Source of the DNA: Phycisphaerales bacterium
GTDB lineage: Bacteria; Planctomycetota; Phycisphaerae; Phycisphaerales; UBA1924
Assembly (NCBI GenBank): GCA_029260535.1
Contig: JAJDDA010000248.1
Span: 1-21,367, forward strand
Direction of reading: 5' to 3'
Length of the DNA: 21,367 nt
Shown: positions 1 through 7,932 of the stretch, in pieces
Layout of the letters: every line of letters begins with the position of its first letter
Position numbering within the stretch: the first letter of the stretch is position 1
Translations under genes and position numbers: made by a program
The notes under the pieces: model-generated
Seen by the model: only the letters and a program-made list of their open reading frames with translations
Told to the model about the DNA's origin: nothing
Database searches by the model: none

Positions 1-302
1 GTCTTGCTCGGGATCGCAAAGTCAATCACCGTCGTGATCCCGCCGCACGCGGCGCCCCTCGTTCCCGAATCGAAGTCATCGCACGACACCGACCCGCCGA
101 ACGGCAGCGCCAGGTGCACGTGCACATCCAGGCACCCAGGAATAACATCCTTGCCCTTCGCGTTGATGACCGTCGCCGATGCGGCGCCTTTGAGATCCGT
201 TCCCACCGCGGTGATCCGTTCGCCCTCGATCGCGATGTCGCCGACGAACGATTGAGATGCGGTGTGGATGGTCCCGCCCTTGATGATTGTTTTCTTTGCC
301 AT
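1..302 (-). CDS. Cyclic amidohydrolase (D-hydantoinase/dihydropyrimidinase-like), N-terminal part only; the gene runs off the left window edge
   Basis: Reverse-strand translation from ATG (complement of 300-302) gives MAKKTIIKGGTIHTASQSFVGDIAIEGERITAVGTDLKGAASATVINAKGKDVIPGCLDVHVHLALPFGGSVSCDDFDSGTRGAACGGITTVIDFAIPSK. The HxH metal-binding motif and the PFGG...DDF.SGT.AAA.GG.T block are characteristic of hydantoinase/dihydropyrimidinase N-termini. It is missing from the ORF track because it is open at the window edge. Confidence 0.8.
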   Translation of the reverse strand, partial: MAKKTIIKGGTIHTASQSFVGDIAIEGERITAVGTDLKGAASATVINAKGKDVIPGCLDVHVHLALPFGGSVSCDDFDSGTRGAACGGITTVIDFAIPSK

Positions 303-339
303 GCCCACAGCGTACCGCGCCGTGCGCACCGGGTGGGGC

Positions 340-1158
340 TCAGCCCCGCGCGATGTTGGCCGCCTCGACGATCGCCGCCGCCCTCGCCGGGTCGATCTCG
401 TTGGACCAGACCCCGCCGGTCTTCATCGATGACCCGACGATGATCCCGTCGGCGTGCTCGAACATCGAGGCGATGTTGTCGGGGGTCGCGCCGGATCCGA
501 CGAGCACCGCCAGATCAGGCGCCGCCTGCCTCGCCTCGATCAGGTCCGCGGCGTTTGCAGGGGATCCGGTCGCCGATCCCGTGACGATCAGCCCGTCGGC
601 GGCGAAGAAATCCGCCCCGTGCGCCGTCTGCGCCAGCGAGACATCCGCCGTGATCGAGTGCGCCGAGTGCTTCTTTTTGATATCCGCGAAGACCGCGATG
701 TGCTCCGCGCCGAGCCGCTTGCGTTCACGAAGAAGTGAGGCCGCGCTCGCCGTGGCCATCAGCCCCTCGTCAGCGACATGCGCAAAGACGAAGTTCTCCG
801 CCCGGATGAATTGCGCATCGATCGCCTGCGCCACACTCAGCGCCGCGACGTTCGCCCCCGCAAGGATCTGCACCCCAAGCGGCGCACTCGGAGCCGCGTT
901 CCGGACCGCGACCCCGACCGCGGTCATCGCCGCGACGATCTCCGGCCCGACCTCGCCGAGCAGGTAGGGCCGGTCGTGCATGTTCTCGATGCACAGCGCA
1001 TCAAACCCCAGATCAAAGAGCGTCTCCGCTTCTTCAGCAGCCTTGTCGATCACCGCCTCGAGCGGCATCGATGCGAATGGCGTTCCGGGGAGCGCGCGAA
1101 CATGGATCATCCCGATCAGGGGCTGGTCCATTCCGAGATGTTGAGCGATGGATGACAT
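340..1158 (-). CDS. BtpA/SgcQ family TIM-barrel protein (photosystem I biogenesis BtpA-like)
   Basis: 272-aa ORF. The LIGMIHVRALPGTP N-terminal motif and the ...FIRAENF...VFADIKKKHS...LIVTGSATGSP...VLVGSGATPDNI blocks match the BtpA family (PF03437) along the whole length. An alternative start is the internal ATG 27 nt downstream (MDQPLIG...). Confidence 0.85.
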   Translation of the reverse strand: MSSIAQHLGMDQPLIGMIHVRALPGTPFASMPLEAVIDKAAEEAETLFDLGFDALCIENMHDRPYLLGEVGPEIVAAMTAVGVAVRNAAPSAPLGVQILAGANVAALSVAQAIDAQFIRAENFVFAHVADEGLMATASAASLLRERKRLGAEHIAVFADIKKKHSAHSITADVSLAQTAHGADFFAADGLIVTGSATGSPANAADLIEARQAAPDLAVLVGSGATPDNIASMFEHADGIIVGSSMKTGGVWSNEIDPARAAAIVEAANIARG

Positions 1159-1617
1159 GGGGCGCAGTCTACCGATGCCGCTTCAGCGATGGTCGGCCTC
1201 TGACTTAGGCAAAAAAGAAAGCGGGCCGACCCTCGGGGAGTATCGCCGGCGTCTCCTCCAGTCGCCGGCGGCTCGACCGTTGAGTCGGTCCGCTTTGCTT
1301 GGCACGATCACCGGCTGTTTGCCCGCTCCTTGGCAATCAACCGGGCCGTGATGATCCTGACCAGGCGCGAGTCCCTCATGTCCGTAGGGTGGACACGTGG
1401 CGGGGAAAGGACGACGCCCACAGGATCGGTGTGTGGAGCGGTCTCATTGCTGAGACTGGGGCTGAACATACCCCATAGCGGGGGCCCAGTCACGCGATAA
1501 ACCGCCCCAGATCAGCGATTCTGGGGACACGTCAGCACAAGGCGCGTTGGCGCAGCGCCACAGCGCACCGATCGCGGATTCTGGCTCTTTCAAAGTGTTT
1601 TCGGACGATCCGACCGC

Positions 1618-2265
1618 TCAGTCGAGCGTCAGCTCACCGGAGATGATCTGCTCCGCAACCACCGCGAGCTGGATACGCTCACTCCGAGCGTAGTGCTGGA
1701 GCTTTGTGTGCGCCTCGGGCTCGGTCATGCCGTGCTCGGCGACCATCTTCCACTTGGCTTCCTCGACGAGCCTGCGGTGGACGAGGTTCCGCTCGAGCTG
1801 ATCGATTCTCGCCTGCATCGTTTTGATCGCGTAGGCGCACGAGTACGCCGATTCGATGGTCGAGCGCAGGCACGCGTCGGGAGATTCCTTGCTGATGACC
1901 GCGATGGCGCCGGCGGAGTTGAACGCCAGCACGTGCGCCGGTTCGAGCGAGTCAGAAAGGATGAATACGGCGCATTGCGACGAATTCCAGATCGCCGAGA
2001 CCGCATCGAGCGTCTCGCCATCGCCGTCAGGGGTCGCCAGGATTACGAGATCAGGGTGGCTTTCCCTGCATATTTCGACCGCATCGCTGGGGCTGGCGGT
2101 TTGATCTGAAACGCGGTACCCGAAGCCCTTGAGCGCCGATACCAGCGACTCGCGGGCCTGATCATTGCTGTCAACGACCAGGATCGAGCGGGGGCTCTTG
2201 TTGGCGCTGTCATCAGGAAAGATCGGGACGTTTTTTCGTTCTTCAACGGGCGATGTTGTGTTCAT
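1618..2265 (-). CDS. Response-regulator-like protein with an ANTAR RNA-binding antitermination output domain (AmiR/NasT family); the receiver appears to lack the phospho-acceptor Asp
   Basis: 215 aa. N-terminal CheY-like receiver (ILVVDSNDQ..., K in ...VISKESP). C-terminal ANTAR domain RIDQLERNLVHRRLVEEAKWKMVAEHGMTEPEAHTKLQHYARSERIQLAVVAEQII, which aligns well to NasT/AmiR ANTAR. At the canonical acceptor position (hhhhD after beta3) the sequence reads DLVILATPDG, i.e. Ala in place of Asp. Confidence 0.85.
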   Translation of the reverse strand: MNTTSPVEERKNVPIFPDDSANKSPRSILVVDSNDQARESLVSALKGFGYRVSDQTASPSDAVEICRESHPDLVILATPDGDGETLDAVSAIWNSSQCAVFILSDSLEPAHVLAFNSAGAIAVISKESPDACLRSTIESAYSCAYAIKTMQARIDQLERNLVHRRLVEEAKWKMVAEHGMTEPEAHTKLQHYARSERIQLAVVAEQIISGELTLD

Positions 2266-2501
2266 AGGAAGTCTCGGACGTAGAGGAAGCCGATGCGATC
2301 AGCGCTCTCCCACAAATCTGTTTGATCCAGAGCGAAGGGCATCGGCAGGCGGGTCAGTTGAATTTTGTCAGGCCTCAAAGTCATAGAGGCGGTCGGCTCT
2401 CGCCGGAATCGGAAGCCATGATAGCCTCTCCGAGTCGCGAGAATCCCGAAGCATGCGCTGGAATTGTTGGTCAGTCAAGTTATCCGCTGGAAATGCCGGT
2501 G

Positions 2502-3710
2502 TCAGTCGAGGTAGTCCTCATCCTTCAGTTTTTTGGGTAGGTAGGTGTCCGTTATGAAGCTGAAATCCTTGCTGGACAAGGCCTCAAGCTCAAGCTTGAC
2601 ACCCTTTTGCAGCATGTGATTGATCTCACGCTGCCAGGGTTTTTTGGCGAACCAGGGATAATCCCGGATCTCCTTCGCTCGCCGGATGTCCTGTTCCGTG
2701 ACCCGGATCGTCACCTCGGCGGGCAACCCGAACGCATCGGCGTCGTAACTGGACATCCCAACGAACCGAGCATCCGGGATCGCCATCCTGGCGCTCTCAA
2801 ACGCAAGATTGATCGAGCCCTGCTTGATCACGGAGTAGATGTAGTACCCCCACGGATCGTTATCCACGAGCACAAAGACCGGCAGTTGCTGCTCGTTGTG
2901 CAATCGCCATAACAACCGCCGAACGCCCCGAGGGGGCTGCCCGCCGCCGTGGATGATCAGGCAGTTGTGCTTCTTCCAGAACCGGTCCTCGTTGAACCGC
3001 CTCCAGACGGCGCCTTTCTCGATGAGGAGGATGAAATCCGCCGTGCATTTCTTGAACTGGATGACGTGGTCTTCAACGATCGAGGGCACCGCATACCCGC
3101 CCGAGCCCATCCTCGAGAGATCGATCGTGTCGCCGCGATCAACGATCGTCATCGGGCCGACCAACGCCCCCTTGGGTTCCGCGTACAGCCCCAACTCCTC
3201 GCGGAGCGAAGCCAGCGCCACCTCCAGGTCCTCGATGATCGGGTCCGACTCCGCCTGATCGTCGAAGGTGTTCTCCCTCGTCCCCTCAATCGTGTGCTTG
3301 CAGTGGTAGAAGAGATCACGAATCGAGGTGGTCTTTTTCTGCCGGAGCAGTTCCGAGCACCCCGACGCGATGAGCGTCGTCTGCATGAACTTCTTCGCCT
3401 GCCCCAGGTTGAAGAAGCTCCGCCGCTGTGTCGAGTCACCCATCTCGATCAGCCCGGTCGATTTCTCGAAGCTGACGTTCGAGAGCGCCCTTGTCGGGAT
3501 ATCCAGGTACGGATCAACACCCTTGGCCGCGAGCGTCGCGACATCGTTCGCAAACTCGTTGATCCGGGTCGGCGTATCGACATTCCTGGCGCGGCGTGAC
3601 TTCGCCCCGGACTTCTTCCGGGCGGCCTTCTTCGTCACCACCTTCTTGCGGACGACCTTCTTCGTTGCTTTCTTGACGGCTTTTTTCTTGCTCGTCTTCT
3701 TCTTCGCCAT
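2502..3710 (-). CDS. top6A: DNA topoisomerase VI subunit A (Spo11/Top6A family) with an N-terminal lysine-rich (AKKK) tail
   Basis: 402 aa. Winged-helix/5Y-CAP region with the catalytic-Tyr motif (...IRDLFYHCKH...). Toprim domain with the conserved Glu (ILLIEKGAVW) and DxD (VLVDNDPWGYYIY) characteristic of Top6A/Spo11. The N-terminal ~45 aa are MAKKKTSKKKAVKKATKKVVRKKVVTKKAARKK. A GGAG sits 7 nt upstream of the ATG. Only 29 bp separate it from the top6B stop. Confidence 0.9.
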   Translation of the reverse strand: MAKKKTSKKKAVKKATKKVVRKKVVTKKAARKKSGAKSRRARNVDTPTRINEFANDVATLAAKGVDPYLDIPTRALSNVSFEKSTGLIEMGDSTQRRSFFNLGQAKKFMQTTLIASGCSELLRQKKTTSIRDLFYHCKHTIEGTRENTFDDQAESDPIIEDLEVALASLREELGLYAEPKGALVGPMTIVDRGDTIDLSRMGSGGYAVPSIVEDHVIQFKKCTADFILLIEKGAVWRRFNEDRFWKKHNCLIIHGGGQPPRGVRRLLWRLHNEQQLPVFVLVDNDPWGYYIYSVIKQGSINLAFESARMAIPDARFVGMSSYDADAFGLPAEVTIRVTEQDIRRAKEIRDYPWFAKKPWQREINHMLQKGVKLELEALSSKDFSFITDTYLPKKLKDEDYLD

Positions 3711-3739
3711 CGATCGGCTCCGTGGTAGTGGTCGAGGCG

Positions 3740-5716
3740 TTAGTCGCCGAAGAGCTGTTCCTGCTGATCGCCCGAGGGCTTGCGTTTGGTCGCCGTCTTC
3801 TTGACGACCTTCTTCTTCGCCGGTTTCTTCTTCGCGGTTTTCCGGGCGGCGGGCTTCGCGACCGGCGCCTCAGGAATCGCAACAGCATCCGGCGAATCCA
3901 GGATCACCGTGTTCTCGTCAACGCGCACGTTGCGCGTCTTGTCGATCGGCAAGCCGTCCTCGTCGAGCGTCACGTCCGCCATCTCCGTTCTGGATGCCGC
4001 AACAGCCTCAAGATCATCGCGAACCTTCACCGGATCGAGCGCCGGATCGATCGAGTGCAGCGCCCTGGCGACCTCGCCGATGTACCGCGCAAAGGCGTCG
4101 CGCCGCTGGCCCTCGCGCTTGATGCGATCGCGCTTGCGGACATACGTGCCCAGCTTCCGCCCGCACTCCTGCAGCGCCAGGCGCATCTCCTTGCGGATCT
4201 CGTCGTAGTCCGCGATCGCCTCTTTCGACTCGCTCGTAAACGGAACCCACACGCTCGCCATGTGGATCATCACCACCAGCGCGCCCTGCGGAGCCGACCC
4301 CCGGGGCTGCGTCAGCCCGTAATTCTTCCAGCTCGTCTCGACCACCGCCTTGAACGCGCTGCACGCCGACTGCTGATAAAGCAGCGGCACCCGGTTCGCA
4401 AACCGGATCACCCGCGCCGTGTCGTCGCCCTTGAGATCACCGCCGAACGCGATCCCCGCCTCGATCTGGAACGGGTTGCCGCGGTACACCGAAGGCGGCC
4501 TCGTCGCGGCGGTGTAGAACTCCGCGCGAACCCCTTTGAGCAAACCCGCAAGGATCTGCCGCGTCCCGATCGGCGCGAGGCAATTCAGCGGGGGCCCCAT
4601 CAGCTTCACCCGCTGGATCGACTTGTGCAGCGCCTCCGCCTCGGCGTGCGCAATCTTCGTGACCCAGGTCCTGGTCGTCAGCCCCGCGCCGTCGCAGATC
4701 TGCTGCGACGCCTTGGAACTCACCCGGCAGAACTCGTTCGTGAGAAATCCTCCGAGCTGCTTCTGCGAGGTCTGCTTGAGCATCCGCATGAGCGTGCCCA
4801 GTTCGACACCCTTGGGGTGCGGCTTGATCTCCGCCGGCTCCGGGGGCAATTCGTTGATCGTCCTCGGGTACACGATCGAATCACCGATCGTCGTCGTGTG
4901 CGAGAGGTCCTCGGGAACACCGACCACAGCGCCGGCATCCCCTTCGAGCAGCGGCGCCTCGTCGGCATCGTCCTCGGAAGATCTGGTGGGGGGGATGTAC
5001 GTCAGGAGCACATGCGGGTTCGCGATCGCGGTCTGGTCGATGTACGCATCGACGCTGCCGCGCCCGCGCTGGTGCTTGCCCTCCAACTCGATGACGACCC
5101 TCGTCCCGGTGTGCTCGGGGAAATCCTCCGTCTCGATATCGACGGAGACCTCCGGCTTGTTCTTCGTCGTGTCCATCGCCAATTCGACGTGATGCGCCGG
5201 CTTGCCCTTCTTGGAGCGCGACGTGATCACCATGGGGCGCCCGGTCGTCATTAACCCGTACATCCCCGCAGCGGAGATGCCGATGCCTTGCTGACCGCGG
5301 GACATCTTGAGCCGGTGGAACTTGGATCCGTAGAGCAGCTTCCCGAAGATGTTGTCGATCTGTCGCCGGACCACGCCAGGACCGTTGTCTTGGATCGTCA
5401 CGCGGTAGCGCGATTCATCGATCTTGGGCAGGTGGTCGATCCGGACGCTGATCTCCGGGAGAATCCCCGCCTCTTCGCACGCGTCGAGCGCGTTGTCGAC
5501 CGCCTCCTTGACCGTCGTCAGCAGCGCCCGCCGGGGGTTGTCGAAGCCGAGCAGGTGGCGATTCTTCGCGAAGAACTCCGAAACGGAGATCTCGCGCTGC
5601 ATCCCGGCCATCGACTCGGCGGTGGCGTTTGTTCGTTTGGGAGCGGCGCCTCGCTTGGTGGTGCTCGTGGCGCCGGTCTTCCCTGACCGTGTTTTGGGTG
5701 GGCTCATCGGGGGCAT
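3740..5716 (-). CDS. top6B: DNA topoisomerase VI subunit B (GHKL ATPase + transducer, Top6B) with a C-terminal lysine-rich tail
   Basis: Bergerat-fold motifs: [39 protein letters not shown] (N box), ...TIQDNGPGV... (G1), [12 protein letters not shown]...[12 protein letters not shown] (G2). The protein aligns along its whole length to archaeal Top6B. The C-terminus is ...[28 protein letters not shown]. The longest ORF extends to 5806 (GTG), but the internal ATG (MPPMSPPK...) has an AAGGA ~10 nt upstream, and a terminator-like hairpin lies at 5793-5820, so the start at 5716 is preferred. [10 protein letters not shown] is a second possible start. Confidence 0.88.
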   Translation of the reverse strand: MPPMSPPKTRSGKTGATSTTKRGAAPKRTNATAESMAGMQREISVSEFFAKNRHLLGFDNPRRALLTTVKEAVDNALDACEEAGILPEISVRIDHLPKIDESRYRVTIQDNGPGVVRRQIDNIFGKLLYGSKFHRLKMSRGQQGIGISAAGMYGLMTTGRPMVITSRSKKGKPAHHVELAMDTTKNKPEVSVDIETEDFPEHTGTRVVIELEGKHQRGRGSVDAYIDQTAIANPHVLLTYIPPTRSSEDDADEAPLLEGDAGAVVGVPEDLSHTTTIGDSIVYPRTINELPPEPAEIKPHPKGVELGTLMRMLKQTSQKQLGGFLTNEFCRVSSKASQQICDGAGLTTRTWVTKIAHAEAEALHKSIQRVKLMGPPLNCLAPIGTRQILAGLLKGVRAEFYTAATRPPSVYRGNPFQIEAGIAFGGDLKGDDTARVIRFANRVPLLYQQSACSAFKAVVETSWKNYGLTQPRGSAPQGALVVMIHMASVWVPFTSESKEAIADYDEIRKEMRLALQECGRKLGTYVRKRDRIKREGQRRDAFARYIGEVARALHSIDPALDPVKVRDDLEAVAASRTEMADVTLDEDGLPIDKTRNVRVDENTVILDSPDAVAIPEAPVAKPAARKTAKKKPAKKKVVKKTATKRKPSGDQQEQLFGD

Positions 5717-5792
5717 CCGTGCGGTTTCCTTGGTGGTTCCGCAGAGGATAGCACGACCGCAGATCGGTGCAGATTCCCCATCCGCACAAGAA

Positions 5793-5820
5793 AACCGGCG
5801 AGCCATCAGGCCCGCCGGTT
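5793..5820 (-). terminator. Putative intrinsic terminator of the upstream secreted-protein gene (8-bp stem AACCGGCG/CGCCGGTT followed by a U-rich run on the minus-strand transcript)
   Basis: Perfect inverted repeat aaccggcg(11 nt loop)cgccggtt. On the minus strand it is followed by TTTCTTGTG. It lies 38 nt downstream of the stop of the 5858-7669 gene and inside the N-terminal extension of the longest top6B ORF. Confidence 0.4.
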
Positions 5821-5857
5821 CAAAGTTTGAATCAGAATTGAGGCCTTGTGGTCAGCG

Positions 5858-7669
5858 TCAGTTGCACGTATCGCCGAAGGCGCCGATCAGCATGCCGATA
5901 TCAGCGGCATCGACTCTCCCATCGCTGTTGAAGTCCGCCGCCGGCTCCGCGGAACCGTACACGCTGAGGAGCAGCCCGAGGTCGGCGCTATCGACGATGC
6001 CGTCGACATTGATGTCCTCGCTCATCATGATCCGGAACCAGCGGGTCTCCGGAGACTGCATCGTCTCGTGCGGAGTAACCGCCTCGACACGCCAGTAGTA
6101 CTTGGTGTTGCAGGACAGGATGCCAGCGGCAACCTCGTGCTCCGTCCCGAAGATATCGCCCGAGTCATACACCACACCCTCGAAGCTGGGGTCGAGCGAG
6201 ATGGTCAGCCGGTACGAGATCGCCAGCGAGTAAGGATCCCAGTTGAACGTCGAGATCGTGCCACGGAGATCGCCAAGGTTGGGATTCCGAAGGTAAGGGC
6301 CCTCCGGCTCGCCGACGTTGTCCAGCGTGACCTTGCCGATCCAGGTCTTCCAGCCGCCCTCGTGGTAAGGGGCGTGCGACCAGAACACACCAGCATCGGT
6401 CGGGTCCGCCTCAACACCGACGTAGGCGCCCCAGAGACCTGAAGTGTTGTTCGTCACGCTCGAGCGGATCACCACCGGGTCCTGGAATTCGCCAACCGGA
6501 TCATCCGAGAAGCGGACCGCGCGAGCGATCGCGATGTTCTCGCCTTCCGAGGCAACATTGAAAACGATCACCGCGTTGCCGTCGACATCAGCCGCGATGT
6601 CAGGCATGAACGCATGAACGCCAGGGCCTAAATCGATGAGCCCCTGTTGCTTCAGGATCGGCTTGGGGCCGCTCGCGGGCCATGAACGAAGATCAATCTC
6701 ATACCACTGCACCGCGGAGCGATCGCCCGCGCTGACCGAATGCGCCGTCCAGAGCGAGTTGCCAGCGATCTTGCACGACGAAAACTCCCGATTCCCGATA
6801 TCAATCGACGGGCCCGAGTGCTCCACCATCGGAGGATCAACCCTCCACGGCAGGCTCAGCCAGTTCGACGCCATGTAACCGCCGGGGATCAGCCCGGTCA
6901 TCCAGATGGTCTGGAATGCCCCCGAGTTGATCGTCACCGAGATCAGATCAGGCGTGCCAACGCCGCTGGCCTCGTTGCAGACAAACCCGCGCGGGATCGA
7001 CGAAAGCTTCGAGAAGTTGACGACCCCGAGCGAAGGATCCTCCAGGCGTTCTTTCGAGGCAGCGCCCATCCAGCAACCGAGGTTCTGGAGTTCCGGGTCA
7101 AAGTCAAAGGTGAAAAAGATCCCGTCGCCGTAATTGCCCAGCGAGAGGTTGTGCACTTTCGAACCGATCGACGTGACGTACGTCCGCTGCGCCGACCATC
7201 CATCCGATGGATCCGCCGTGTTCGTGAACGCGGTGAAGATGACCTCGTGACCGTCCGCCATATCCTCAGCAGCCGCCGCATAGAAGCAGTTCCCGGCCTG
7301 GTTCCAGACCACCTGCGGCGTCTGGATGTTCGCGCTGGCGCCCAGTTCGGTCCACAGACCGTCAGGGCCGCTCAATTCCGTCTTGCCGAGGAATGTCTGC
7401 TGCTTGTCGTACCACGCGATCTCACCGGAGACCGCCGCGACGAGGATGCCGGGGCCGACCGCGATGTCAGGGCTCGCAATAGCAGCGCCATTATCCGCAA
7501 ACGCGGAGAACCCATCGTCGATACCGCCCGCGATCGACTGCGCCAGCGCAGGGGTCGTCGAGCCCAGACACCAGCCGGCGCTCAGCAGCAGCCCGCAGGC
7601 AATCTTCGTAATTCGGGATGCTCCGTTCGATTCGAAGCGTGCGGTCCGACCTCGGATGGGCAATGACAT
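5858..7669 (-). CDS. Secreted protein of unknown catalytic function with a C-terminal Fn3-like module and a dockerin type-I repeat pair
   Basis: The ORF is open to 7759 (TTG), but the start is probably the ATG at 7669, which gives a signal peptide MSLPIRGRTARFESNGASRITKIACGLLLSAGWCLGSTTPALAQS. The ~450-aa central domain is unassigned. The C-terminus carries two Ca-binding dockerin-like segments DINVDGIVDSADLGLLLSVYG and DFNSDGRVDAADIGMLIGAFG. Confidence 0.7.
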   Translation of the reverse strand: MSLPIRGRTARFESNGASRITKIACGLLLSAGWCLGSTTPALAQSIAGGIDDGFSAFADNGAAIASPDIAVGPGILVAAVSGEIAWYDKQQTFLGKTELSGPDGLWTELGASANIQTPQVVWNQAGNCFYAAAAEDMADGHEVIFTAFTNTADPSDGWSAQRTYVTSIGSKVHNLSLGNYGDGIFFTFDFDPELQNLGCWMGAASKERLEDPSLGVVNFSKLSSIPRGFVCNEASGVGTPDLISVTINSGAFQTIWMTGLIPGGYMASNWLSLPWRVDPPMVEHSGPSIDIGNREFSSCKIAGNSLWTAHSVSAGDRSAVQWYEIDLRSWPASGPKPILKQQGLIDLGPGVHAFMPDIAADVDGNAVIVFNVASEGENIAIARAVRFSDDPVGEFQDPVVIRSSVTNNTSGLWGAYVGVEADPTDAGVFWSHAPYHEGGWKTWIGKVTLDNVGEPEGPYLRNPNLGDLRGTISTFNWDPYSLAISYRLTISLDPSFEGVVYDSGDIFGTEHEVAAGILSCNTKYYWRVEAVTPHETMQSPETRWFRIMMSEDINVDGIVDSADLGLLLSVYGSAEPAADFNSDGRVDAADIGMLIGAFGDTCN

Positions 7670-7932
7670 GAGTGACTCCTGTGCAATCAATAAGGACTCC
7701 GCTTCGGCCAGTGCGAAGCGTCTGCGAAATCCGGGACACGTCAGGAATCGGTTGATCAAGTCCGCAGAACCTTCGAGAAGTCCCTATCGGAGCGGGTTTC
7801 ACTAGATCGGGAACGCTTGTGACTTCTCTGCCGATTGCACGAATCAGAACCAGGGGCGGAATAACGGTTCACGGTCTGTTATTGGTTATTTCACTTGCAT
7901 TGATTGAACGTCTCCACGATGCTGTCCCCGCT
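7670..7932. promoter_or_regulatory. Divergent intergenic/promoter region between two secreted-protein genes; locally AT-richer than the surroundings
   Basis: ~260 bp non-coding stretch between divergently oriented genes. It contains AT-rich runs (ggtctgttattggttatttcacttgcattgattgaacg) unusual in this ~65% GC window, and a 7-bp hairpin cgcttcg/cgaagcg. Confidence 0.3.

Noticed and set aside
4-255. 83-aa plus-strand ORF at the window start
   Set aside because: The complementary strand encodes a clear hydantoinase N-terminus, so the plus-strand ORF is an antisense artefact.
1159-1617. Searched by eye for tRNA, tmRNA, RNase P, SRP/4.5S and 6S signatures in the long intergenic region
   Set aside because: No T-loop GTTCGA, RNase P P4 (GGAAAGTCCGG / ACAGAACCCGG), SRP GGAAGCAGCC or tag-peptide motifs found. 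Kept as a finding (possible leader or ncRNA) but no RNA gene is called.
3722-5254. 510-aa plus-strand ORF (Arg/Leu-rich) overlapping top6B
   Set aside because: Extreme Arg/Leu/Pro composition (a GC-artefact frame). The opposite strand encodes a full-length Top6B.
5700-5765. Apparent +1/-1 frame disruption when hand-translating top6B around 5700-5761 from the displayed text
   Set aside because: The supplied six-frame track translates both strands continuously through this spot, and the two apparent single-base discrepancies cancel within 60 nt. I attribute this to my reading of the wrapped sequence lines, not to a pseudogene.
7670-7759. N-terminal 30-aa extension (TTG start) of the 5858-7759 ORF and 38-aa extension of the 7819-9255 ORF
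   Set aside because: Internal ATGs give canonical signal peptides, and the extensions are non-ATG-initiated and hydrophilic. They are treated as 5' UTR/promoter sequence.
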